From the NCBI GenBank assembly GCA_049969615.1, contig JBMFOM010000031.1:1-18988 (forward strand): a stretch of DNA of 18,988 nt, read 5' to 3'. Numbering within the stretch: the stretch's first letter is position 1; each line of letters begins with the position of its first letter. Source of the stretch: a candidate division WOR-3 bacterium. Lineage in GTDB: Bacteria; Hydrothermota; Hydrothermia; JBDRYB01. A program made the position numbers and the translations under genes. Positions 7,776-15,401 of this stretch are shown here, piece after piece. The notes below the pieces were generated by a model that saw only the letters and a list, made by a program, of their open reading frames with translations, did not search any database and was not told where the DNA came from.

Positions 7776-8873
7776 ATGATATACTTGATGGCGGCTGGTG
7801 CGCTCTTCGGAGCCAACCCGGCCAGGACAACGGATGCGGAGACGCCCGCGCTGAGAATAGCGAGGGTGGTCTCCCAGAAGAGCGAGGGTAGGATCGTCCA
7901 CAAGGGCGACAAACAGCCCTGGATACTCCTGGTGGACGACGATGGGTCAGCGGGCGGCGGCTATCCTCCTATAGAAGGGTTCTGGACCGCGGCCCTTGAT
8001 GTCAACTATGCGGGCGAGTATGATGTCTATGAGGTGATGACCAATGGCGATGGTCCGCCCCTCTCAACCCTTCAGAACTACGATGTGGTCATCTGGTATA
8101 CTGGTGAGACGTGGAGCTCCACTTATTGGGTGACCCTCTCGGCCACGGACGAGGCCAACCTGGGCCAGTATCTTGATGGTGGCGGCGCGCTTCTCCTGAC
8201 GGGCCAGGACTACTTTTACGACAGGTATCCCTCTGCGGGCGACTTCCCTACTAGCAGCTTCCCCTATGTCTATCTCGGCCTCCAGTCGGTCCAGCAGGAT
8301 GTTATTCCGCCTAATGGCTCTGCTTTCGCTGGTGACTACGACGGCCAGGCTGGGACATGCTTTGATGGGCTTTCCGGCCAGTTCAACGCGGTGGGCGTCT
8401 ATTCCTCTGATGTGCCATGCTGGCTGGACGACATAACCCCCAGGCCCGGGGAGGCGACCCTGAACCTTACCGCTGACAGCGCGGGCATCTATATCTGCGA
8501 TGTGGGCTTTGAGAGGTCCACCGGCACCTACAATGTCATTTATTCCAATCTGGGTTTTGAGGTCATAACGGATGTCAATTCCCGCGCCGCGATCATCAAG
8601 GCCGCTATTGATTGCCTCCAGATCGGCGTTGAAGAGAGTGTTGGTGGAAAATCCACTGCTGTGAAGGTCTGGCCCAACCCGACCTCCAGCAAGCTCAACT
8701 TTGCCCTGCCCTCAGGGACTGTCGGCGATATCAAGCTCTACGATGTCTCCGGGAGGCTCGTTGAGTCTGTCAAAGGCGTGAACAATGCCTCCTTCAACCT
8801 GAACCCCGGCGCCTACATCTATAGGGTTGTGGTTGGCGAGAAGGCCCAGACCGGTACCGTTGCAGTGAGATAA
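7776..8873 (+). CDS. Secreted protein with T9SS type A C-terminal sorting domain
   Basis: Hydrophobic N-terminus; an ILLVDDD...YDVVIWYTG...YLDGGGALLLTGQD domain; C-terminal GVEE linker then VWPNP...IKLYDVSGRLV...LNPGAYIYRV. Start is ATG 7776 (SD) or TTG 7761. Confidence 0.9.
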   Translation: MIYLMAAGALFGANPARTTDAETPALRIARVVSQKSEGRIVHKGDKQPWILLVDDDGSAGGGYPPIEGFWTAALDVNYAGEYDVYEVMTNGDGPPLSTLQNYDVVIWYTGETWSSTYWVTLSATDEANLGQYLDGGGALLLTGQDYFYDRYPSAGDFPTSSFPYVYLGLQSVQQDVIPPNGSAFAGDYDGQAGTCFDGLSGQFNAVGVYSSDVPCWLDDITPRPGEATLNLTADSAGIYICDVGFERSTGTYNVIYSNLGFEVITDVNSRAAIIKAAIDCLQIGVEESVGGKSTAVKVWPNPTSSKLNFALPSGTVGDIKLYDVSGRLVESVKGVNNASFNLNPGAYIYRVVVGEKAQTGTVAVR

Positions 8874-8893
8874 TTCCCAAGTGAACCAAAACC

Positions 8894-8924
8894 AGCCGGG
8901 CCCCCCAGGGCCCGGCTTTTCGTT
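8894..8924 (+). terminator. Rho-independent terminator
   Basis: Perfect 10-bp stem AGCCGGGCCC-ccca-GGGCCCGGCT followed by TTTCGTT, 20 nt after the stop codon. Confidence 0.85.
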
Positions 8925-9023
8925 GCTAGTTCCTCCTTTCTGTCTAAAACCCCAGGGGAATCTGATCAGCCCCTGTTCCATAACAAATCGCAATGACATG
9001 CCTTCCTGCATTAAGCTATATCG

Positions 9024-9881
9024 GTGAAGCTGGTAGGACTCCTCGCCAGAAACGCCGAATCCTCCCTCGCTCCGAGGGTCATGACCGCATTCCTCAGAAA
9101 ATCTAGGTTCTCCTATCACTACCAGCCATTTTCCGTTGACCCGCCACAGTTCAGGGAGGCCTATGAGGGACTGAAACTGCTTTCTGGCGTGGGGTTCAAT
9201 CTCGGCGCGCCATATCGGAGCATTGCCGCGAGATACACCACTGTCCTGTCAGAAGAGGTCAACATAGTTGGTGCGCTTGACACTGTAGTCATATCCTCCG
9301 GAAGGGACACGGGATACAATGTTCAGGTCAGGGCCCTGGCGGATTTTCTCGCCGAGATAGGTTTTGTTTCTCGCGATGCCAGGATCATGGTCATAGGCGC
9401 TGGAGCCGCGGCCTCCGGAGCCATATACACCTTTCTCGCCGGTGGGGCTGAGACGGTCTGGGTAGTGGACAAGACCCCCGAAAAGGCATTTGCCCTCTCA
9501 TCCAGGTATGAGCGCTATGGAATGGGTAGGGTTGTGCCGATCGCACTCTCAGAGTCCGAGACCCGAAACATCCTTCCGGAGTGCCAGCTCATTCTTCACG
9601 CTACTCCCCTGGGGAGTAGCGCTATACCCCGGCTTTTCCCCTCAATTCACTATGGTTCAATCAGACCGGATGCCATTGCCATAGACATGATCTACGATCC
9701 GGTGAACACCCCTTTTCTCGCGCGTTGCGGGCAGTTCACCGCGAGGACTTACTCCGGCATAAGGCTCTTTGCCCTGAGCCTGGCCAGGAGCTGGGAGCTC
9801 TGGACTGGTCGGAACGATTCCGAGGCTATCTGGAATACGGTCAACGATATTCTCGGTGCAAGGCTTCACAGGAACCCATGA
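9024..9881 (+). CDS. Shikimate dehydrogenase-family protein with degenerate active site
   Basis: Colinear with AroE: SSLAP, GFNLGAPYR, GALDT, GYNVQ, IGAGAAA, HATPLG, DMIYDPVNTPFL. GTG start 6 nt after TAAGCT (9012-9017). Confidence 0.85.
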   Translation: MKLVGLLARNAESSLAPRVMTAFLRKSRFSYHYQPFSVDPPQFREAYEGLKLLSGVGFNLGAPYRSIAARYTTVLSEEVNIVGALDTVVISSGRDTGYNVQVRALADFLAEIGFVSRDARIMVIGAGAAASGAIYTFLAGGAETVWVVDKTPEKAFALSSRYERYGMGRVVPIALSESETRNILPECQLILHATPLGSSAIPRLFPSIHYGSIRPDAIAIDMIYDPVNTPFLARCGQFTARTYSGIRLFALSLARSWELWTGRNDSEAIWNTVNDILGARLHRNP

Positions 9882-9897
9882 TTGCATATGAGTTATA

Positions 9898-9924
9898 ATG
9901 AAACCCCTGAAAAACCCGGTTTGT
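9898..9924 (-). repeat. Dispersed intergenic repeat, partial copy D
   Basis: ATGAAACCCCTGAAAAACCCGGTTTGT versus reverse-complemented copy A ATGAAACCCCTGAAAAATCCCTGTTTGT and copy B AAACCCCTGTAAAATTCCGGTTTG. Lies between convergent genes. Confidence 0.7.
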
Positions 9925-9929
9925 CAGTC

Positions 9930-10661
9930 TCATCTAACCACGGGTAATATCGCTATCGCATAGAATTTTCCGTTCTTTCTGAAGAGGGCCATTTCGCTTC
10001 TGGTGTAGATGGTTTTCCCGGCCAGATAATCCCTTACAGCGCTCGCAGTTTCCCCGCTGAGCTCCAGCATAGCGAACGCCTCTGCCAGTGAATCTAGCGG
10101 GAGGTCAGGCCCTTCCCAGTCATATACCCTCCACCCAGTTGTATCTAGTTGCCAGGACATTACCCTGAGCTCTATTTCCCATGGAACCCAGTTTTCATTT
10201 GTTTTCGTGGCCAAGCTAGCAGCCGCCATCAGTGAGTCAATGAATTCGCCGCCCCTTTCCTTTAGACTGCCGACTGGGTAGCCATGGATGCTTATTTGTC
10301 TGACCTGGTTTTCCCTGGACATATTTATGACCAGCGAAGGCATATCTGGCGCTCCACCCACGACCGAGAAAAACCCTTCAAGTCCAGATTCCCACAGACG
10401 GTTGGCAAAACCGATTATCCTCTCCCTGTCCTCCGGGCGAACGCCCGCGTATCTGCAAAAGCCTTCTTCGTTTGTAAGCACGAAGACTCCGCCGTTTTTG
10501 AGTATGATAAGGTGTGGTGGTTGGAACATCAAATGCACAGGGACAAGCCCGCCCTGGTATCCTGCCGTTAGCGTCAAATCCGTGTTGGCCTGGGGTGTTT
10601 TTTCCGTGGTTTTGGGCGCGCACGCCATGAAAGCAATAGGAGCAAACATAAGCTTCCTCAT
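9930..10661 (-). CDS. Hypothetical lipoprotein
   Basis: MRKLMFAPIAFMA-C lipobox signal followed by a K/T/P-rich tether. Start ATG 10661 is 6 nt after TATACT. Confidence 0.82.
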   Translation of the reverse strand: MRKLMFAPIAFMACAPKTTEKTPQANTDLTLTAGYQGGLVPVHLMFQPPHLIILKNGGVFVLTNEEGFCRYAGVRPEDRERIIGFANRLWESGLEGFFSVVGGAPDMPSLVINMSRENQVRQISIHGYPVGSLKERGGEFIDSLMAAASLATKTNENWVPWEIELRVMSWQLDTTGWRVYDWEGPDLPLDSLAEAFAMLELSGETASAVRDYLAGKTIYTRSEMALFRKNGKFYAIAILPVVR

Positions 10662-10667
10662 TTCCAG

Positions 10668-10697
10668 AGTATAAAGCGACCTGCCTTTCGCGATCAC
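10668..10697 (-). promoter_or_regulatory. sigma70-type promoter for the lipoprotein gene (leaderless)
   Basis: GTGATC-18 nt-TATACT-6 nt-ATG. Confidence 0.55.
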
Positions 10698-10746
10698 TTA
10701 GGCCGGATAGCCTCCACTGGTGTCCACGCCCATCAGGAACTCGTAG

Positions 10747-10776
10747 TTGATCCGGCCCAGGATCTGGCCTCAGAAT
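10747..10776 (+). promoter_or_regulatory. Putative promoter for hbd
   Basis: TTGATC-18 nt-CAGAAT, 9 nt before ATG 10786, with no SD. Confidence 0.4.
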
Positions 10777-10785
10777 TATTCCCCT

Positions 10786-11646
10786 ATGAAAGCTGATGAC
10801 ATCAAAAAAGTTGGAGTTGTGGGAGCAGGCACCATGGGGAACGGAATAGCCCATGTTTTCGCGCTTAAGGGTTATGATGTGGTTCTCGTTGATATATCAA
10901 AGGACATCCTGGACAAGGCCATCGCCACCATCACCGGCAACCTGGACAGGCAGGTAAAGAAGGAGATAATAAAGCCCGAGGACCGGGACGCGGCACTCGC
11001 CAGGATAAAGACCTCTACTGACCTCTCCGAGCTCAAGGACTGCCAGCTTGTTGTTGAGGCCATTGTTGAGAAAGAGGACATAAAGACAGACCTCTTCAAG
11101 AAACTGGATTCCATCCTGGGGCCTGAGGCCATCCTTGCCTCAAATACCTCCTCCATATCCATAAACAAGCTGGCCGCGGCAACAGGAAGGCCCGGGAAGG
11201 TCGCGGGGATGCACTTCATGAACCCGGTCCCCATGATGAAGCTGGTAGAGCTTGTCAGGGGCAAGGATACCTCGGACGAGACCATGGCCGTGATAAAAGA
11301 GCTCTCGGAGCGCCTTGAAAAGGTCCCGGCCATAGTCAACGACTCGCCGGGATTCGTCTCAAACAGGGTCCTGATGCCCATGATAAACGAGGCCGCGCAT
11401 GTGCTCATGGAGGGCGTCGCTGAGCCTGAGGCCATAGACACGGTGATGAAGGTCGGGATGAACCACCCCATGGGCCCCTTGACGTTGGCGGACCTCATTG
11501 GCCTTGATGTTGTAGTGGACATCCTGAACTATATCCACAAAGAGAAAGGCGATCCCAAGTTCAAGCCAGCCCAGATACTCGTTGACAAGGTCAAGGCCGG
11601 CGAGCTGGGCAGGAAGACAGGGAAAGGGTTCTACACCTACCAGTAA
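10786..11646 (+). CDS. hbd: 3-hydroxybutyryl-CoA dehydrogenase
   Basis: VVGAGTMGNGIA Rossmann motif, EAIVE, ASNTSS, GMHFMNP (catalytic His), PGFVSNR, NHPMGPL, DLIGLD and GRKTGKGFY. Confidence 0.95.
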   Translation: MKADDIKKVGVVGAGTMGNGIAHVFALKGYDVVLVDISKDILDKAIATITGNLDRQVKKEIIKPEDRDAALARIKTSTDLSELKDCQLVVEAIVEKEDIKTDLFKKLDSILGPEAILASNTSSISINKLAAATGRPGKVAGMHFMNPVPMMKLVELVRGKDTSDETMAVIKELSERLEKVPAIVNDSPGFVSNRVLMPMINEAAHVLMEGVAEPEAIDTVMKVGMNHPMGPLTLADLIGLDVVVDILNYIHKEKGDPKFKPAQILVDKVKAGELGRKTGKGFYTYQ

Positions 11647-11824
11647 ACCCCTGTAAAATTCCGGTTTGCCCCTTGTCCCTATCCGGGAGTCCTGTTATAG
11701 CAAAAAGAGAATATCCTGAGGGAATGCCCTCGTGACGGGATTTTCCAGGGCCCATTCCTTAGAACCCTCTTATCCTGGATGGCGTAGTCCTGGCTCAAAC
11801 CAATAAGGGTTATTCTGGGCCTGG
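11645..11824 (-). repeat. Dispersed intergenic repeat, copy B (fills the convergent intergenic region)
   Basis: About 70% identical to the reverse complement of 99-258. Contains a long imperfect inverted repeat (TCCAGGGCCCA...AACCCTCTTAT / ATAAGGGTT...TGGGCCTGGA, 11744-11824) and a GAGGG-AATG-CCCTC hairpin. Confidence 0.85.
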
Positions 11825-11831
11825 ACGGACC

Positions 11832-12590
11832 TTACTTTCTCCTCAGGGCCTTCGCCAGCTCGTTCACCCTCTTCTGAACGAATTCCTGCATGGCCTCGTA
11901 GCCTGTCTTGCCGCGGGAGGTGTTCAGGAAACCTATGTAATAATCAAGGGCTTCCTCGTAGCGCCCGGCTTTGTCCAGGAGAACCGCGATATCATAGTAA
12001 GTCTGGGGATTATACGGATCCTTTGTCAGAGCCTGTTCCTTGAGGGCTATCTCGTCCGGTGAAGGCTTTGTTTCGTCGGCTTGGGTTCCAGAGGATTTGT
12101 CCTTGCCAGTTTTGCCCTTGTCCGAACTGGAGGATTGCTGTCCGGTCTGGCCAGCCTTGCCCTGTCCAGATTGGCCCTGGTTGACTGCCTGGGCCCTGGC
12201 ATAGGCGGATAACGCGCTGGGATTCTCGGGGTCAAGCTTAAGGACACGATTGTAGTATTTGACAGCCGAATCCCCAAGCCCCATCTCTGCGTAGCATGAT
12301 GCCAGGTTCAAGAACGGGTCTATATACAGCGAATCAATCCTTATGGCATCTCGGAAGGCCTTTATCGCCTTAACAGTATCTCCCAAGAGGGCATAAGCCA
12401 CACCCATGTTGTTGTAGGCCTCCTTGAAGCTGGGGTAGAGCTTTATGGCCTCAAGATAAAGTTCTACTGCTTCATCATATCTCCCCTGTGCGACCATGGT
12501 GTTTGCCTTCTGAAAGAGCTCATAATCCTGACCCCCGCCATAAATGAGCTCCATGGTCTGTGAGAGGAGAACGATTAAAACGCTATGCAC
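11832..12590 (-). CDS. Tetratricopeptide repeat protein, probably exported
   Basis: About three N-terminal TPRs (AYNNMGVAYALLG, FLNLASCYAEMG), a G/Q/S/K-rich linker and a C-terminal TPR. GTG 12590 follows AAGGA and overlaps the gcvPB stop. Short hydrophobic N-terminus. Confidence 0.88.
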   Translation of the reverse strand: MHSVLIVLLSQTMELIYGGGQDYELFQKANTMVAQGRYDEAVELYLEAIKLYPSFKEAYNNMGVAYALLGDTVKAIKAFRDAIRIDSLYIDPFLNLASCYAEMGLGDSAVKYYNRVLKLDPENPSALSAYARAQAVNQGQSGQGKAGQTGQQSSSSDKGKTGKDKSSGTQADETKPSPDEIALKEQALTKDPYNPQTYYDIAVLLDKAGRYEEALDYYIGFLNTSRGKTGYEAMQEFVQKRVNELAKALRRK

Positions 12591-14064
12591 CCTGTTCCTT
12601 CGGTTTTTCCATGGTTGCGGGAACCCACCGGACATTCAGGTCCTTCGCGGCCTTCACCTCGTCCAGCCGGCGCACGGGCGTGCTGGTGGGCGCATTTTTC
12701 AGGAGATCCGGACTCTCCTTTGCTTCCTGGGCTATACGTTTCATGGCCGCGATGAAAGCGTCAAGCGTTTCCTTGCCCTCGTTCTCGGTTGGCTCTATCA
12801 TCAGGGCCTCGTGGACGATGAGAGGGAAATAGACGGTCGGCGCGTGGAATCCCAGGTCAAGTAGCCTTTTGGCCACATCAAGGGTTTTGATGCCGTAGTC
12901 CCTAAGTAGGTTCGTTGCCGCGAAAACGACCTCGTGGGTGCAGACGCCCGGATAATGCAGGTCATAGACCCCTTGCAAACCAACCCTTATGTAGTTGGCG
13001 TTGATGACAGCGTCCTCTGACATGCGCTTCAGTCCTTCCGCGCCAGCCATCCTGATGAAGGCGTATGCCTTGAGAAAGACATTGAAGTTGCCGTAGAAGG
13101 AGTGAACCTTTCCTATGGACTTGGGGAAATCCCAGCTCAGATAGAATCTGTCCCCGTCCTTGATAACCCTGGGTACCGGCAGATATGGCTCAAGCTCCTT
13201 GATCACCCCAACGGGTCCGGAGCCAGGTCCACCGCCGCCGTGAGGCGTTGAGAAGGTCTTGTGGAGGTTGAAGTGCATGACATCAACGCCCATTTCCGCA
13301 GTCTTTATGTAACCGAGAGCCGCGTTCAGGTTCGCGCCATCCATATAGACCAGCGCGCCCGCCCTGTGCGTGAGCTCTGAGACTTCCTTTATGTTCCTTT
13401 CAAAAAGACCCAGGGTGTTTGGATTGGTTATCATTATTGCCGCGACCCGGTCGTTGAGCTTTGACTTCAGGTCCTCCATTGAGATTGTGCCGTCATCCGC
13501 TGACTTGACCGCCAGGGTCTTGTATCCCGCGAGAATACTAGATGCGGGGTTTGTTCCGTGCGCCGAGTCTGGCATCAGGATTATTTCCCTTGGGTCGCCC
13601 CTGTCCTCGTGATAGCGCCTTATTATCATGACGCCGGTGAACTCCCCCTGAGCGCCTGCTGACGGCTGGAGGTGGACCGCGTGCATGCCGCTGAGCTCCC
13701 TGAGATACTCCGCGAGCTCCCACATGAGCCGCAATGCGCCCTGAACAGTATCAACCGGCGCGAGGGGGTGGAGATTAGCGAATCCTGGCAGGCGCGAGAC
13801 CCTCTCGTTGATCTTTGGGTTGTATTTCATTGTGCAGCTGCCCAGGGGATAGAAACCGCGGTCAACATGGTAGTTCATGGCTGAGAGCCTGTGATAGTGG
13901 CGCACTATTTCGTTCTCGGAGACCTCCGGCAGGGGAGCCGGGGTTTTCCTGAGAAGCTTCTCGGGGATCATTTCCGAAAGCGACTTACGGGGCACATCCA
14001 GTCCTCTGAGCGAATAGCCCTTCCTCCCGGGCCTGGAAAGTTCAAAAATGAGTGCTTCAGGCAT
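12583..14064 (-). CDS. gcvPB: Glycine dehydrogenase (decarboxylating) subunit 2
   Basis: LIFELSRPG, FYPLGSCTMKYNPKINE, QPSAGAQGE, SAHGTNPAS, TNPNTLGLFE, HFNLHKTFSTPHGGGGPG (PLP Lys) and EPTE. SD AAGGA. Confidence 0.97.
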   Translation of the reverse strand: MPEALIFELSRPGRKGYSLRGLDVPRKSLSEMIPEKLLRKTPAPLPEVSENEIVRHYHRLSAMNYHVDRGFYPLGSCTMKYNPKINERVSRLPGFANLHPLAPVDTVQGALRLMWELAEYLRELSGMHAVHLQPSAGAQGEFTGVMIIRRYHEDRGDPREIILMPDSAHGTNPASSILAGYKTLAVKSADDGTISMEDLKSKLNDRVAAIMITNPNTLGLFERNIKEVSELTHRAGALVYMDGANLNAALGYIKTAEMGVDVMHFNLHKTFSTPHGGGGPGSGPVGVIKELEPYLPVPRVIKDGDRFYLSWDFPKSIGKVHSFYGNFNVFLKAYAFIRMAGAEGLKRMSEDAVINANYIRVGLQGVYDLHYPGVCTHEVVFAATNLLRDYGIKTLDVAKRLLDLGFHAPTVYFPLIVHEALMIEPTENEGKETLDAFIAAMKRIAQEAKESPDLLKNAPTSTPVRRLDEVKAAKDLNVRWVPATMEKPKEQGA

Positions 14065-14091
14065 GGTGTCCTTCCTTGCTGTTTGGGGAAA

Positions 14092-14121
14092 AGTTTAAGG
14101 CCCGACCTGGGCCTGGTTCAA
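14092..14121 (-). promoter_or_regulatory. sigma70-type promoter for gcvPB
   Basis: TTGAAC-18 nt-TAAACT on the minus strand. Confidence 0.55.
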
Positions 14122-14124
14122 GCC

Positions 14125-14153
14125 TTGAAATTACCCCCATCATGCGGGAAACT
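14125..14153 (+). promoter_or_regulatory. sigma70-type promoter for the TPR gene (leaderless)
   Basis: TTGAAA-17 nt-GAAACT-6 nt-ATG (14160). Confidence 0.45.
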
Positions 14154-14159
14154 TTGTCT

Positions 14160-15401
14160 ATGAGCGATGGAGATTTGAGTCTGTTTCTTAAGATAAGCAG
14201 GCTCACCCAGAAAGGGCTTTTTCTCTTTCATCGGGGCTTCCTAGAGGAAGCCGAGGCCGAGTTCAGGAAGGCCCTTAAGCTGAAACCGGATTCCCACGAG
14301 GTGCGCGTGAACCTCGCTATAGTGTTAGCCGAACAGGAAAAATACCGCGAAGCGGAAATGGAGTTAAGGAGCGTCATGTCCATGGCGCCCCACCTGGCCG
14401 CGGCCCACTCCAACATGGGGTCCCTCCTGGACAGGATGGGCAGATACAAGGAAGCCGCGAGGGAGTTAAGGAAAGCCGTTGAGATGGAGCCGGAGAACGG
14501 AACCTTCCGGATGGAGCTGGGCATAGTGTTAGGGAAGATGGGACGTTATACAGAAGCCGAGAAGGAAGTCCGCGAGGGCATTCGGCTGGGGATAGAAGAC
14601 CCAAACGCCCACCTTGTTCTGGCCATTATTTTGAGGGACCAAGGCAAGCTCCATGAAGCTGAGAAGGAATTCAGGAAGGTTATCAATGACGACCCGCGGA
14701 ACACCAATGCGATGCACAACCTCGCGGGCATATATGCCCTCCAGGAAAAACACCCGGAGGTCATTGAGGTGTGCAAGAAGGCCTTGAAGATAAAACCCGG
14801 CGACCCCCTGATCATGAAGGTTGTAATGGACTCCTTGTTGCAAACAACTCGCTACGCTGATATGGAACAGCTGGCCAGGAAAGCCCTGGAGCGAGACTCC
14901 CAGAACCCTGATTTTCACTTCTATCTCGGCCTAGCGCTTCAATTGCAGGCCAGGGAAAACGAGGCCTACACGGAATTTCAGCGAGTGATAGAGCTGGACC
15001 CCTCCTATGCCTCGGCCTACTTCAAGATGGGTCTCATCATGGTGCACAAAAACAGGATCAATGAGGCAATCGCCTGGTATGAAAAGGCCATAAGTCTGGA
15101 CCCGGATGTGCCTGAGGCCCTTTTCAACCTGGGAATATTGCTTTTTGACGAGGGCCAGACGCAAAAGGGTCTCTCTCTTATAAAAAAGTCTTTGCGGCTT
15201 TTCGCGAAGAGGGGAGACATAGAAATGGCGTTGTCGGTCAAGGAGCTCAGTGAAAAAATGAAAGATTATCCGGGGTTGACAACCACGGAGATCTGGAAGA
15301 TCCTGGAACAATCCAGGAAACAGGAACAGAAAAACCAAGAGGAAATGATCGTGCCTTGCCCGCATAAATTCCGGGTATCTATTCCCCCAATATCCTCTTG
15401 A
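14160..15401 (+). CDS. Cytoplasmic multi-TPR protein (about 10 repeats)
   Basis: 34-aa periodic NL[AG]...G...EA...[FL]R.A...P units throughout, with no signal peptide or catalytic domain seen. The 3' end overlaps thiC by 23 nt. Start is 14160 (or 14142). Confidence 0.9.
   Translation: MSDGDLSLFLKISRLTQKGLFLFHRGFLEEAEAEFRKALKLKPDSHEVRVNLAIVLAEQEKYREAEMELRSVMSMAPHLAAAHSNMGSLLDRMGRYKEAARELRKAVEMEPENGTFRMELGIVLGKMGRYTEAEKEVREGIRLGIEDPNAHLVLAIILRDQGKLHEAEKEFRKVINDDPRNTNAMHNLAGIYALQEKHPEVIEVCKKALKIKPGDPLIMKVVMDSLLQTTRYADMEQLARKALERDSQNPDFHFYLGLALQLQARENEAYTEFQRVIELDPSYASAYFKMGLIMVHKNRINEAIAWYEKAISLDPDVPEALFNLGILLFDEGQTQKGLSLIKKSLRLFAKRGDIEMALSVKELSEKMKDYPGLTTTEIWKILEQSRKQEQKNQEEMIVPCPHKFRVSIPPISS

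Noticed and set aside
15379-15401. 23-nt convergent overlap between the TPR gene and thiC as a regulatory feature
   Set aside because: Short 3' overlaps are common in compact genomes and nothing else supports a function.
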